Origin: Gnetum montanum
Lineage: Eukaryota > Plantae > Gnetophyta
NCBI GenBank assembly: GCA_015680685.1
Contig: MNCI01000405.1
Location: 338,988 to 402,987, forward strand
Length of the DNA: 64,000 bases
Direction: 5' to 3'
Part shown: piece by piece, positions 22,930 through 33,949 of the stretch
How the letters are laid out: every line of letters starts with the position of its first letter
Numbering within the stretch: the first letter of the stretch is position 1
Program-made: the position numbers and the translations under genes
Notes under the pieces: generated by a model
The model's database searches: none
The model's input: only the letters and a program-made list of their open reading frames with translations
Told to the model about the DNA's origin: nothing

Positions 22930-25900
22930 TTTTTTTGGAGAAAATTTGGGCAGGAATTAATCAAAATATAGCATTCTATACATTAGATCAACATCTCCAA
23001 AAAACTCAAGGAGAAAGCACTTACCCTCACCCCAGGGGTGGGCCACAATGCCCCCTAGTCATCTTGCTCATCAAAACAATCTACACAAGAAAAAAAATAT
23101 TTTTTTCAAAACATCATGGTCATAGCCCAACAAAAGAAGAACTCACTCAGAAATGTAATCTAAATATGCATTGGTAGTATAGAACAATGATAGTAACGCC
23201 ATTCCTAGCTATGCATTGCATCCAAAATCACCCTATAGCATTCAATGGAAACAAAGGCCACCACCTGCTTAAACTCCTTGAAATTTTCCTTCTTCTATGC
23301 CCACTCCATTACATTTCCCTCCCCATTAGGATGTAACTTCTTACTTTGATGCCAAATGTGCCTTCGTAGTGTGTCCCATGGAGTGTTATGCCTAATGTCT
23401 AGAATGATGTAAGGGCATCGCCCCTTCTACAACCAATAACACATACTATTTTCATGTGCCTAGTCAAGTTGCTCTTGGATCTATGCCTCCTCCTACTCCT
23501 TCTCCTCTCTCCACTCCTTCTCCTTTTGTAGTTGCTCTTCTTGGAGCCTAGCCTCCACCTGTAGCTCTTCCAGAATCTACTACCTAAGCTCATCTTCCAA
23601 AGCCTACCTGGCCACCACTTCTGCTAGGCTGTGATGCATCCTTTCTACCCTTGCTGCCTCCTCATAGTAGTGAGTTAGATGTTCCAACTCCTACTAGAAC
23701 TCCTCCTCCCACCACCTCAGCCTCTCTACCCAAATTGTAAGCTCCTTCGCCTACCCACACTTCATTGCCTCTAATCCTACCACTAGCCCCAACACTCTTG
23801 AGGCCCCCCCTTGTCCACCCCTAGCCCTAGCCTAGTTAGAGATCTAGCCATCCTTGAGGGTCCTCTAGTCCTTCCTAGGAACATGATGACTCCCCCACCT
23901 AAAAAACCCATCAATCCAGTCTTCCCCCAAAGCAGCCCCCTTCAACCCACTTGTATCGATAGAAATTTCCACCACTAATGGTGGAACACAGAACCTTCTC
24001 TACTACTTGTACATGGCTCCCATTGTTGAAGCCCTAGGCAGCACCGAGGGGCCTCATGGTGACGACCCTACCTATGTCACCTACCAAAGTGCTAGAATAA
24101 GCCCCAAATGGGTTCCTTGGCTCCTCTAACACAAAACCCCCCAAAATGTAGTAAGGTGAATTCATTGTATACCTCCTCTAAAGGCAATGCAGGAAGCTAA
24201 AATGTACACCTAGTAGCTTCCACACATTGCTCAAGTGGACAAAAAATTGGTCCATGAGCACTACTGCATCCTGCTACATAGGGTCTAAAGCTAACTTGGG
24301 CATCTGCCCATTGCTCATCTTGGGCACCAACTCTAGGAAAAATTCCTGTGATTTTTGCAAACCTCTCCTCTACACCATAACCTCCTCCCCTTTAGCTAAC
24401 ACATGTAGGTATCAAGAAATGGTAGCCTTCATGACCTCTATCCTCACCCCCCTAAAACAACATAATGTCCCCAAAATTATTGTGGAATGGCCTATCATCC
24501 AAGTTAGGATCCCCTTGAAGCTACTCTAGCATCAATGCCCAACCCACCTAGGCCACCAGATGCTAAAGAAGAAAATTAGCCTAGTATTCTTCGTAGGATG
24601 GCTTGTAAGTTAGGGTCACCCCCATTCCAATATGTGCTTCCTGCCATAAATGAATGCCTTTAGTTGCCACCTACATTGGTAATGGTGGAGCAATTTCTCT
24701 AAAAATCCAATGTTTTCTTGTCCTCCACAACTACCATAGGATAGTCGTGGCAAGAAAGTTTTCATCCAATGTAATTGATAGCAGAATTTGCACATCCCAC
24801 CACACCCACACCAAATAAGTACATTGCCATGCAAAATCCACCATCGTCTCCATCCCACATGTAGAGGGGATACATGGATTCACCTATAATCCCACTATCG
24901 TAGCATGTGCCACACAAGAATAGTAGCATGTCTAGCTAACCATAGAAAAGTCTTAAATTTTTTAGGGAGCTTGCCCTACCATAATTGCCACCACCCTTGA
25001 TAGCAGGGTACTTATATTTAATTAACTGCATCAACTATGAATGTAGAATCCACAATGGTAGTATACTCTTCACATGCAAGACTAAAGAATGTCAAACGTT
25101 CAAATCTCAATGGAATGCCTCCCACTGTTAATATTTATGATGCATAATCTAAACCCACTAGGCTAGGTATAATCCTTGGTCACACATCTACCTTAGTAAC
25201 CCCTGATGACCCATGGCAAGGACATTTGTAAAATGTAGCAACCCCAAATCCCCCACATGCTTTGGTTTGGCCACAGTATCCCAAGCAACAAGATGCATCT
25301 AGCCATCCCCTTTACCTCTCTCCCCCACTCCCCCCCCCCCCCCCCCCCCCCCCCCAAACCATGTGAAAATCCAAACTAGTCAGTCAATTTTCTCCATAAC
25401 CTCAGTTGGAGGGGAGGTGGTAGATGTCATGAATCAAGTCATAGCTTAAAGAACCAACAAAGCTAGAAGTAAATGCTCCACACAAGAAATAAACCACGTA
25501 GTCCAATGACTAACTCTTTCTTGCATTATTCTAATAAGGCTTTCCTAGACCTATCATCTATGCCAATCATACAATGGTAAGCCAAGGTAAGTATCTTTCT
25601 TGGACCTCGGTAAAACCCCTAGCAACTATACAATTCTCCCCCACACCATTGAATCAAAATTGAGAAGATGCACCATGGATTTACCTCTATTGACCTCCAA
25701 GCCAACCTCTTCAGCCATTCTAGGAAGTGCCTAGTTAACAACAAGGACTTGAGGAACCATGGCCCTAGAGAAAAGGAAAGTATCATTGGCATAGCACTCC
25801 ACCAAGAAATTCATGCCCCCAACCTCTAATCCTCTAACCCCTTCTAACTAGCAATATGTGCTCATGGCATTCATAACTAGAATAAAAAGATAATGCAAGA

Positions 25901-26390
25901 AGGGGTCCCCTTGTCTTAACCCCCTGCTAGTGGAGGCAAATACCCAAAGTCTCCCCCAACTCTCCCTAGCCATATCTAAAGAAAAAGTGCCTAATTGTTT
26001 GATATGTAGATATAATTTCATAAAATAAAAATGAAAACCTTTATGCAACATGATTTCCTGAAGCACATTCTAGGAGACCATGTCATAAGCTTTGGTGATA
26101 TCCAATTTCAAACACATACTTGAAAATTTAGTTAATTGAAGCAAGTGTATCACCTCCTATACTAGAATAATATGATCCTATAAATATCTCCCTTTGATGA
26201 AACATGCCTATTGTTACCCAACCAATCACTGCATCAAATATGTTAGTTGTGCCACAACCATTTTCGTAAATAGCTAGAGTATAGTGTTACATACCCCAAT
26301 GGGATGGAAGTGTGCTAGGCTCAAAGGATTAGTTGACTTTGGGATCAACACCAGCTAGGAGTAGTTAATCTCCCATCGAAATGATTTAGG
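22930..26390 (-). mobile_element. L1 LINE: RT, zf-RVT-like region and a long 3' extension
   Basis: LVLIPKSTNP...LKLDITKAYD...SRGLRQGDPF...MHLVAWDTVAKPK. The 3' end ttttctccaaaaaaa resembles the ends of the other two L1 copies. Confidence 0.88.
25330..25355 (+). repeat. C26 homopolymer
   Basis: 26 consecutive C inside the L1 ORF2. Confidence 0.95.
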
Positions 26391-27447
26391 AGCACCACAC
26401 CACCAAAGAAACTGACCCAGGATGAACCAGTAGAGATTAAGGCAAAGTGTAGTAAGCCATTGAAGAATAAGCATCAATGGAATAGGTTATGAAGGACAAT
26501 ATTTTTGTTTATAGTCATTGCCCTTTAAAGCCTGGGGTTGACCAAATGGGCCACTAAGGTCAAAATTATGAATAATTATAGGAAGCTATTCCTCTATCCT
26601 TTCACTTCACCCTAATAAGAATCCTGTAGGAGAATCCCAATTGAAAATTCTCACCAAAGATTTCAGTGCCCTATTGGGAAGATGAAACAAACCACATTTC
26701 TAACATCCATGTCTACTATCTCTATTTCCTATTCATTGTAGTTCCTATGTGGACAAACCTCTGCTATTTTGTGGTTTCATATTTGACCATCTTTAATGCA
26801 TTGGCACTATGAGGGAAGATGCTTTGAAATATCAAAATTATTTTTATTTGATTTTCTGTGGGCCTTGTTAGGGGAGGATGAGATAACCATCCTTATTTGT
26901 ACTTAATCAACCACTAACTCTTACAGTAAAGGGAATTTTGTATGGTGACTACATTATTGGATTTTTGATGTAGTGTATGCATGGGTGGTTTCCCTTGTGT
27001 TAGCGAGGTTGGTTTTGTTGATACTATTACTCTATATACTTTGCTATTACTAATATAAAAAATTCCATATTTGCAAAAAACATTTGATTTTGTTTTCATA
27101 AAGAACTATGGAATATTAATACTACTGTAATACCTATTTTAGAATAATGATCCAGGCTTAGAATTATTATGGAACCATTCTTCATTAATTTTAAAAGAAA
27201 AACTAAATTTTGACTTAAATATTATTATTATCTATTTTCAGCTTACATACTTAAGGCCTAACTTCTTAAATATTAACCTAAAAACTAGGATCTTTGCCTC
27301 ATTGACCATCATTGCCTCTAGCATTTTGTTATATCATTTTCACTGATATTACATTAATAACAGTAACTAGGAATTGCACTTAGCTTTTAACTATTGATAT
27401 TAAAAAGTTGAGCTCATGGAAATTCCTCATTGTTGGTTGACTTTTAC

Positions 27448-28362
27448 ATTCAAGGCGCTTTTGTGCAAGGTTTGGGCTACCATATTTCAAAAGAGTATAT
27501 TTATGATACAAAAGTAGGAAAGGTATTTTAGAGTCTTCACAAATATTTGTTGCTAAATCTTTTAATTTTGTGCCGTAAATATGCAATATGGTTAGATATC
27601 TTGACATGGTTCGGTCTGATGCATTTCATATTCTAACTTTGTTATTCTTTTGTCATCAGCTAATAACATATGGAACATGGGAGTACATGCCACCATCATC
27701 AAAGGATATCCCTATCATTTTTAATGCTATACTTCTTCCTAATAGCTCCAACCCCTATGGTTTTTATGTTGCAAGGTAAATGTCATAAATTAAAGGAAAT
27801 GTCTCCTTTCATTTTTAATGTTGCATTTCTTCTAAATAGCTCCTACCCCTACGATGTTTTAGGTTCCAAGGTAAATGCCATAAAATAAATAAAAGCTTGT
27901 TTTCATTGACAGCTTTTTTTGATTCTTCCATAGCTTATGTGGAATGTATTAAACTGAATATGAATATTAGATATTAATGTTCCTTTGGCATAGTATTAAC
28001 AAATTATGTTCAACAACTATTTTCTTCCAATTGCTTTATTTTCATATACATGTAAAATGATTTTGATTACATATATGTCTCCCTCTCTTCTAGTTCTCTG
28101 GAGAACCATCGTATGGAATTGCATGTAGGTAATTGCATTTGTCTATTTTTCTTAATATGTATATGTCAATAATGGGTTAGAATGAACTTGAATGAAATAG
28201 TCTAATTGTAGTGCCATATTAGCAGCCCATCAAGCTATTGTAGCAACAAAGTTGGAATGTGAAAATAATTCATGGTTCCCATTAGCATCTCCTGAAATAG
28301 TTGAGCAAGTATCTCAAGATGCAGACATACCCATGTCAATGTTGAATATCATGGGCTTGTAA
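27448..28362 (+). pseudogene. Last four exons of a xanthine dehydrogenase/aldehyde oxidase-family molybdo-flavoenzyme gene
   Basis: Exon 27448-27522 IQGAFVQGLGYHISKEYIYDTKVGK. Exon 27660-27775 LITYGTWEYMPPSSKDIPIIFNAILLPNSSNP. Exon 28094-28128 FSGEPSYGIAC. Exon 28212-28362 SAILAAHQAIVATK...WFPLASPEIVEQVS...*. GT-AG introns. The first acceptor reads AC and the second exon has a 1-bp deletion. Confidence 0.88.
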
Positions 28363-28723
28363 TTTCATGGAAAACTTGCTTAAGGAAATGGAGTCCATCT
28401 TCAACTCTAGAGAGTAATTTTCCTTAAAAGGATCATTATACTATGTCATTCATATTTATGTGTAAGCATCTTGTATCCAAAAAAATTCTATTATCAATGG
28501 CCTAAATCATGTTCAATTACCATGGCTGTAGCTGGAAGACTTTTAAGGGGTCCAAAAGATGAGTACCGTATTCTAGTGACATAAGATTCAACACCATAAA
28601 GGCTCAAATATGCTTTTCATGAGCACCATAACATATAAAAAAAGAATATTTAAGTATTTTGGTAATGTAATATTTGAACAAATGACTTTAATTTGCTCTC
28701 CATGAAAACATGATGACCAGCAT

Positions 28724-29562
28724 TGATGAGCGATGAGGTACCTCTTACGTCCAACCATACAAATCACCATCGTTCAAGCATGATCTAATCAAATTCCATA
28801 AATAGGACTAGTTGTAGCATGTAGATCATTATGTCTTGATCACAGTTCGTTGTCTTCCCACTTGGACTAGTGGTAGCTTTGTCACATATGATTTAGTCCA
28901 AAGTAAGGCATATGATTCTTGATGTTGTTTCTGCCTTATGCTACTCCTAACAATAATAAAGAAATCAATTATTTAACTAGTTAACAATGGAAAGTAAAGT
29001 CTAAACTAGCCTACATGCGATGAGTATCTATTCCTAACCTTCTGTACATGCCTTGGACTTTGTGTAACTACCAATGGGATTACCAAGAGTACTATTACTA
29101 GGCATACCAAACGATAATAGTATTGGATTACCAAGTAATTACACTTAAGCACATACATTTAGTCATACTTATTTTGCTTAATGATAGAAACAATAAAGAA
29201 TAATAAATGATAAACATTAACCAAGGAAAATAATAAGCATTAAAGTAATTAAAAACAATAATAAGCTAAGTGGATGTTGCAATGATGGAAGTAATCTTGA
29301 TCTTTATTGCGAAACATGTAACATGTCCAAGTATGTCACACTCGAATAAGGATGCCGTACAATTGCTTAACATCACACTATAGGCATGCACTAGAAACAA
29401 ACTAAAAAAGCTCTCTATGTCTACATCTAAAATCTATTTCCCTACTTCTTCTACAAACCGTGCATCTAAGTGTTGTATTTATAGGATAGCATGGATGAGG
29501 TGATATCGAATACTTGATAATGTAGCTTTGATATCGAAGTCCTACTAAAAAATGACTCATCA
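28724..29562 (-). mobile_element. Solo LTR of the TGATGAG family (copy 2)
   Basis: TGATGAG...CTCATCA termini, 839 bp. Flanks AGCAT/AACAT form a 5-bp TSD with one mismatch. Reverse-complement similarity to 2801-3654. Confidence 0.82.
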
Positions 29563-29817
29563 AACATCAAAGAGATTTATATTTAAGGATTTTGGTTGCA
29601 ATAATATGTAGAACAAACTATTACAATGAGAATATTAACATAGAGGTGTTAGCCTAGTAGTAAGAATCTTGGCCTAGTATTTCTAGGTTACATGCTTGAT
29701 TTTTTCAACTAGTATTGAGTTATAAATTTTTAAAAAATAATTTCCATAAAAATAATTTAGAAACTATTATGATAGATCCAAGGGATCTCAATGGAAGTAA
29801 GTAAACATTTAATTTTC

Positions 29818-29970
29818 AAAAATATAATCAAAATATCTTTTCAAACCCATAATTAGTCCTATTACACAACTGTAAGATGTTGATTCTGTTTCAAAAATAT
29901 AATTAAATATTCCTCTTCAAATCCATAATTAATACTATTACACAACTACAAAATCATGATTATGTTACAT
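29818..29970 (+). repeat. ~76-bp degenerate tandem duplication
   Basis: aaaaatataat...ttcaaa(c/t)ccataatta...ctattacacaact x2. Confidence 0.75.
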
Positions 29971-30034
29971 TACAAATGATATTCATGGAGAAATTATAGT
30001 ATCCTTAGCTAAATTATGTTTGGATGCCTCTGAG

Positions 30035-30505
30035 TAATCATCATCCTAGCTTTGTTCTAACAAAATATGATCAGCTACATAAGTTGTATTTCAGCATTTG
30101 CCTTTATAAAGAGATATATTTTTGTTTATTTGTAGCTTCTTTAAATCATCTTTTATTGTTTTTCCCATGTCTTTTTTGGTCTTCCTTTCTATAGCTTTTC
30201 CTAGAAGAGTGATGTAGTAACCTTTTTTTACAGGGTCATTATCTAATCTTCTTTGCACATGTTCAAACCATCTAAGCCACCATTCTTGTAGCTTATCTAA
30301 AATAGAAACCACTCCAAGTTTTTCTCTAATGTCTATATTATGCAATTTATCTCTTCTAGTAACATTCAACATCCATCTAAGCATTTGCATTTTTGCCACA
30401 CTAATTTATTCATGCCTTTTTTGTAACATCCAACATTCAATACCATATAAAATAGCAAGCTTGATTATTGTCTTGTAAACTTTCCCCTTCAATTTTATTG
30501 GCATT
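30035..30505 (-). mobile_element. RTE-clade LINE 3' end
   Basis: LKGKVYKTIIKLAILYGIECW...MLRWMLNVTRRDKLHN...LRWFEHVQRR, with a short (GAT)n tail. Confidence 0.9.
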
Positions 30506-31387
30506 TGATAAATCCAAAAATTTTAAGTCAATGATATCTTATCTATGATGTCGTAGATATGTTATCGTATAAATGATATCGCGGGGTGCATGTCTGCCTA
30601 TATAAGCAACAGTTTGGGTGCATGCCTGCCTATATAAGCAACATTTGGAGTGCATGAATTTGTAGTAGATTTAATATCCTAGTAATAGAACTCTTTCAGT
30701 TCATTTTCTTGAATTCAATACTTAGCAATGTATGTCCACAATGTGATGTTTTGTAATTAAATGGAATCTTTATTTGAGTTTGATGTACTTGGACACATTG
30801 CATGGCCAACGATAAAGATCAAGATTACACCACATCTTTGTAGCAACATTTAGTTTTATTTCTATTTTTAATTAGTTTACTATTTACTTTTTTCATAGTT
30901 AATGTTTAAAATTACTTGTAATTTACTTTTAATGTCATTAAGCAAAATGAGTATGACTAATCTTGAGCACATAAGTGTAACTACTTGGCAACCCAGTAGT
31001 ACTATCACTTGGTATGCCCAGTAGTGTAATAGTTGGTAATCTTACTAGTAGTTACAGAAAGTCTAAGGTGTGACCAGAAGATTAGGACTGGCTTATCATC
31101 ACAAAGGCTAGTTTAGATTTTTTTCACTATCACTTAGATTTAGAAACCCTTACTTTCACTTCACTTTTACTAGGAGCTTAATGACCAATACAACATCAAT
31201 ATCATATAACTCACCATGAGTTAAACCATACACACTAATTTTACTAGCTCATATGGGAAGACAATGATCATGAACACTAACTAATTACTTGTATAATCAC
31301 ATTTCCTTATCTATGGAGTTTGATGAAGACTGCATGTGAACACTTGTATCTTGTATGGTTGGGTGTTGGATACTTCAACACTCATCA
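30506..31387 (+). mobile_element. 5' LTR of the TGATGAG family (copy 3) with a duplicated TATA segment
   Basis: TGATAAAT...CTCATCA termini, GATATC motifs, and a ~31-bp unit gggtgcatgyctgcctatataagcaaca x2. Followed by decayed Asp-type PBS ttgtatcattgctagggat (31389-31407). Confidence 0.72.
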
Positions 31388-33949
31388 TTTGTATCATTGC
31401 TAGGGATAAGTCAATGTTATACTAAGTAAGCAATTTTCCAAAGTTCGTTGTATCAGAACCTAACTCTAATTTTCACAACCTTAATATAAGAAGACTTAAC
31501 ACAAACTGTCAATAAATGACAACATGGCTTTACATAATGATCAATCATCACCTTCCAAGGATAGAAGAAGGAGTAGTGATAGAATTACTAATGAAGAAGA
31601 CCGGGGAATGCTAATGTAGACACAAATTACATATGCTTAGACTGATCCATATCACCTAGACTTCACCTTCATATTCCATCAGGATAGACAAATGATATGG
31701 AGAAATATGCAAGACAACATAGTTTTACCTCCTGAACATGTGGCACTAACCATGTTATAAATTTCTTTAAGAGAAATGCACTTGGACCAAATTCAAGAAG
31801 AGTATCATGTGACTCAACACATGACTAGACCCTATGAACCTATAAGGGAGAAAATAAAAAGAGATGCTACTATGGAAATCAAAGGAAAGCAAGCCAACAC
31901 ATTTGTTGTCATATAAGAGCTTGATGTTGATCAGTTCATTTTCGAACAACTCCACCAAAACCATGAGGAGCCATCAAAGACACCTATCATTAGACTAAAA
32001 GAACCTATCAAAGCCCAAATTCACTTTACTCTAGTAGAGACACACAAGGGGGAGGCTACTAACTTAAGATACAAGTAGGACTCTAGGCTAAGGAATCCTA
32101 CTAAGCCTTACAAGGAAACTCACAAAAGTCATGAAAGGAGAACCAGTCGACACCGTTCTCTTGCTACCTCCTCTGCTTCATCACGATCATTAGAGGACTA
32201 TGACAAGAGAGAACACAAGTATCAAGATTTTGATAGGAAAAATATAAGAGCTCATGGTCATCATGATCGATACTCAAGGTATTCCTATTCAAAAGATAAG
32301 GAGTATGAAAGAAGGAGACATAAAGAGAAAAGAGAGGATCAAGAGAGGCTTCAAATAGGGACTCCTTGTAAACTATAGGGACTCCTTCATAAGCTGAATC
32401 TGAACATGATAATTTCATTTGAAGCCAATAGAGACTCCTTGTAAACTAAGGAGATTGAATGGTCATGTTATTGGAATTTCATCCACAGTAAGGTTGCTCT
32501 TGCTAGAAGCAATGTTGAACAAAAGTTATAGATGGACCTGATGGAATGAAAGGTTAGAGAGTGGCAAGACTATTATGTTTGGGTCCTTGAGTGGGGTAGG
32601 GCCCAAAAGGACCACAAGAAAAAGTACAAGGTTGAACGAGAGAGTTATTTGAAGTGTTTACATGAGGAGTCCATAGAGAGGCATAAGTTGGAAATTTTTG
32701 TGAAGGGAATCAACACTAGGAATGCATTCAAATTATTTGAAGGTTCTCTGGTGATCTCTAAATTTCTTATTCCTTAGATTACCACTACCTTAGGAGAAGA
32801 AATTACTACTACCCTTTCACAAGATCCACCTTAATGGACTGACATCAAGGAGAGGAACATCTTAAGAAGTGTTGACTTTGGGGAAGTAGATATGCCAAAC
32901 ATGAACAAAGATGAAATTCTCCATCATTTAGAGACTAATCTTCAAAAATTCCCTATAGAAAATGTTGCATTTGAATCTTCCCAGGTTTTTTTGTTTTTAA
33001 TTAATTTCTTTATTTTAGTATATTTAAGTTTAGTTTAATTTCTAGCTTAGTTTCTAGTTATGTTGATTACTGATTGAACCCTTATTATTGTGATTGGTGT
33101 AGGCACCAAGTGATAGTAGATGCCCTACTGGTGATAACATTGATGATGTTCCTCTCCCTCCTCTAGTTGTACCTTAGTCCTACCAGTTTAATCATCTCTT
33201 CGACTATTCTTGTTGTTAATATTATGGTGTTATGATGTTTCCAATACTACTTTTCATTGGCTATTTATAGCCATTAGTTGTTATGAGATTGTTTATTTTG
33301 ACTTATTTTATCACTACATAGTGTAGCTGTGGCTATTAGACTCTTATTTTATTTTATAGGTCATTGTTAATTGAAATTTTGTCACATTTTGTGACTATGG
33401 TTGTGGGATATGAATACTTGGTTATTATTATTTTTTATTTTTTCCTATATGTTTTAGCATTTTTAAGTTTTATGTATTTTATGTGTTCTATGCTTTACTC
33501 ATGTTACATGGCTACATTTGTAAAATGCAAGGCTGTAACATAAAAACATTTCTAGCATGTAGGTGTAAGGTAATTAGGCAAACAAAGTGTATAATTTAAG
33601 GTATAACAACTATTATAAAAATAAGGAATTGAGAGGTTATGAATGTATTTCCAGTTTAGAACTTTGGAAGGCCATGCATTTCCAGATTTAGGCCTTAGTG
33701 GGCCGTGGCAAAATATTTTTATAAGTTTTCTATGTTTTTCATGTTTTTATGGATTTTCAAGTTTTTAAAAAATTTTATGGTATTTTATGTTTCAAAAGGT
33801 ATACCATAAAAGACAAGCTATAGAGAAGTTGTAAGCTACATGTGAAATAAGGCTAAAACAAGGTAAAATATGATAAAGAAAAACAATGTATGTAAACAAA
33901 ACTTTAAGACTATGCTAAATAGTAAAAAGAAAAGGCTATGTGGTAATCA

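Noticed and set aside
29640-29720. tRNA or tRNA-derived SINE
   Set aside because: Only an A-box-like tagcctagtagtaag is visible. No convincing B-box, cloverleaf or TSD.
28724-31387. Hairpin-RNA gene or foldback transposon
   Set aside because: The arms are two independently inserted, substantially diverged LTRs. One has its own TSD and the other has a PBS.
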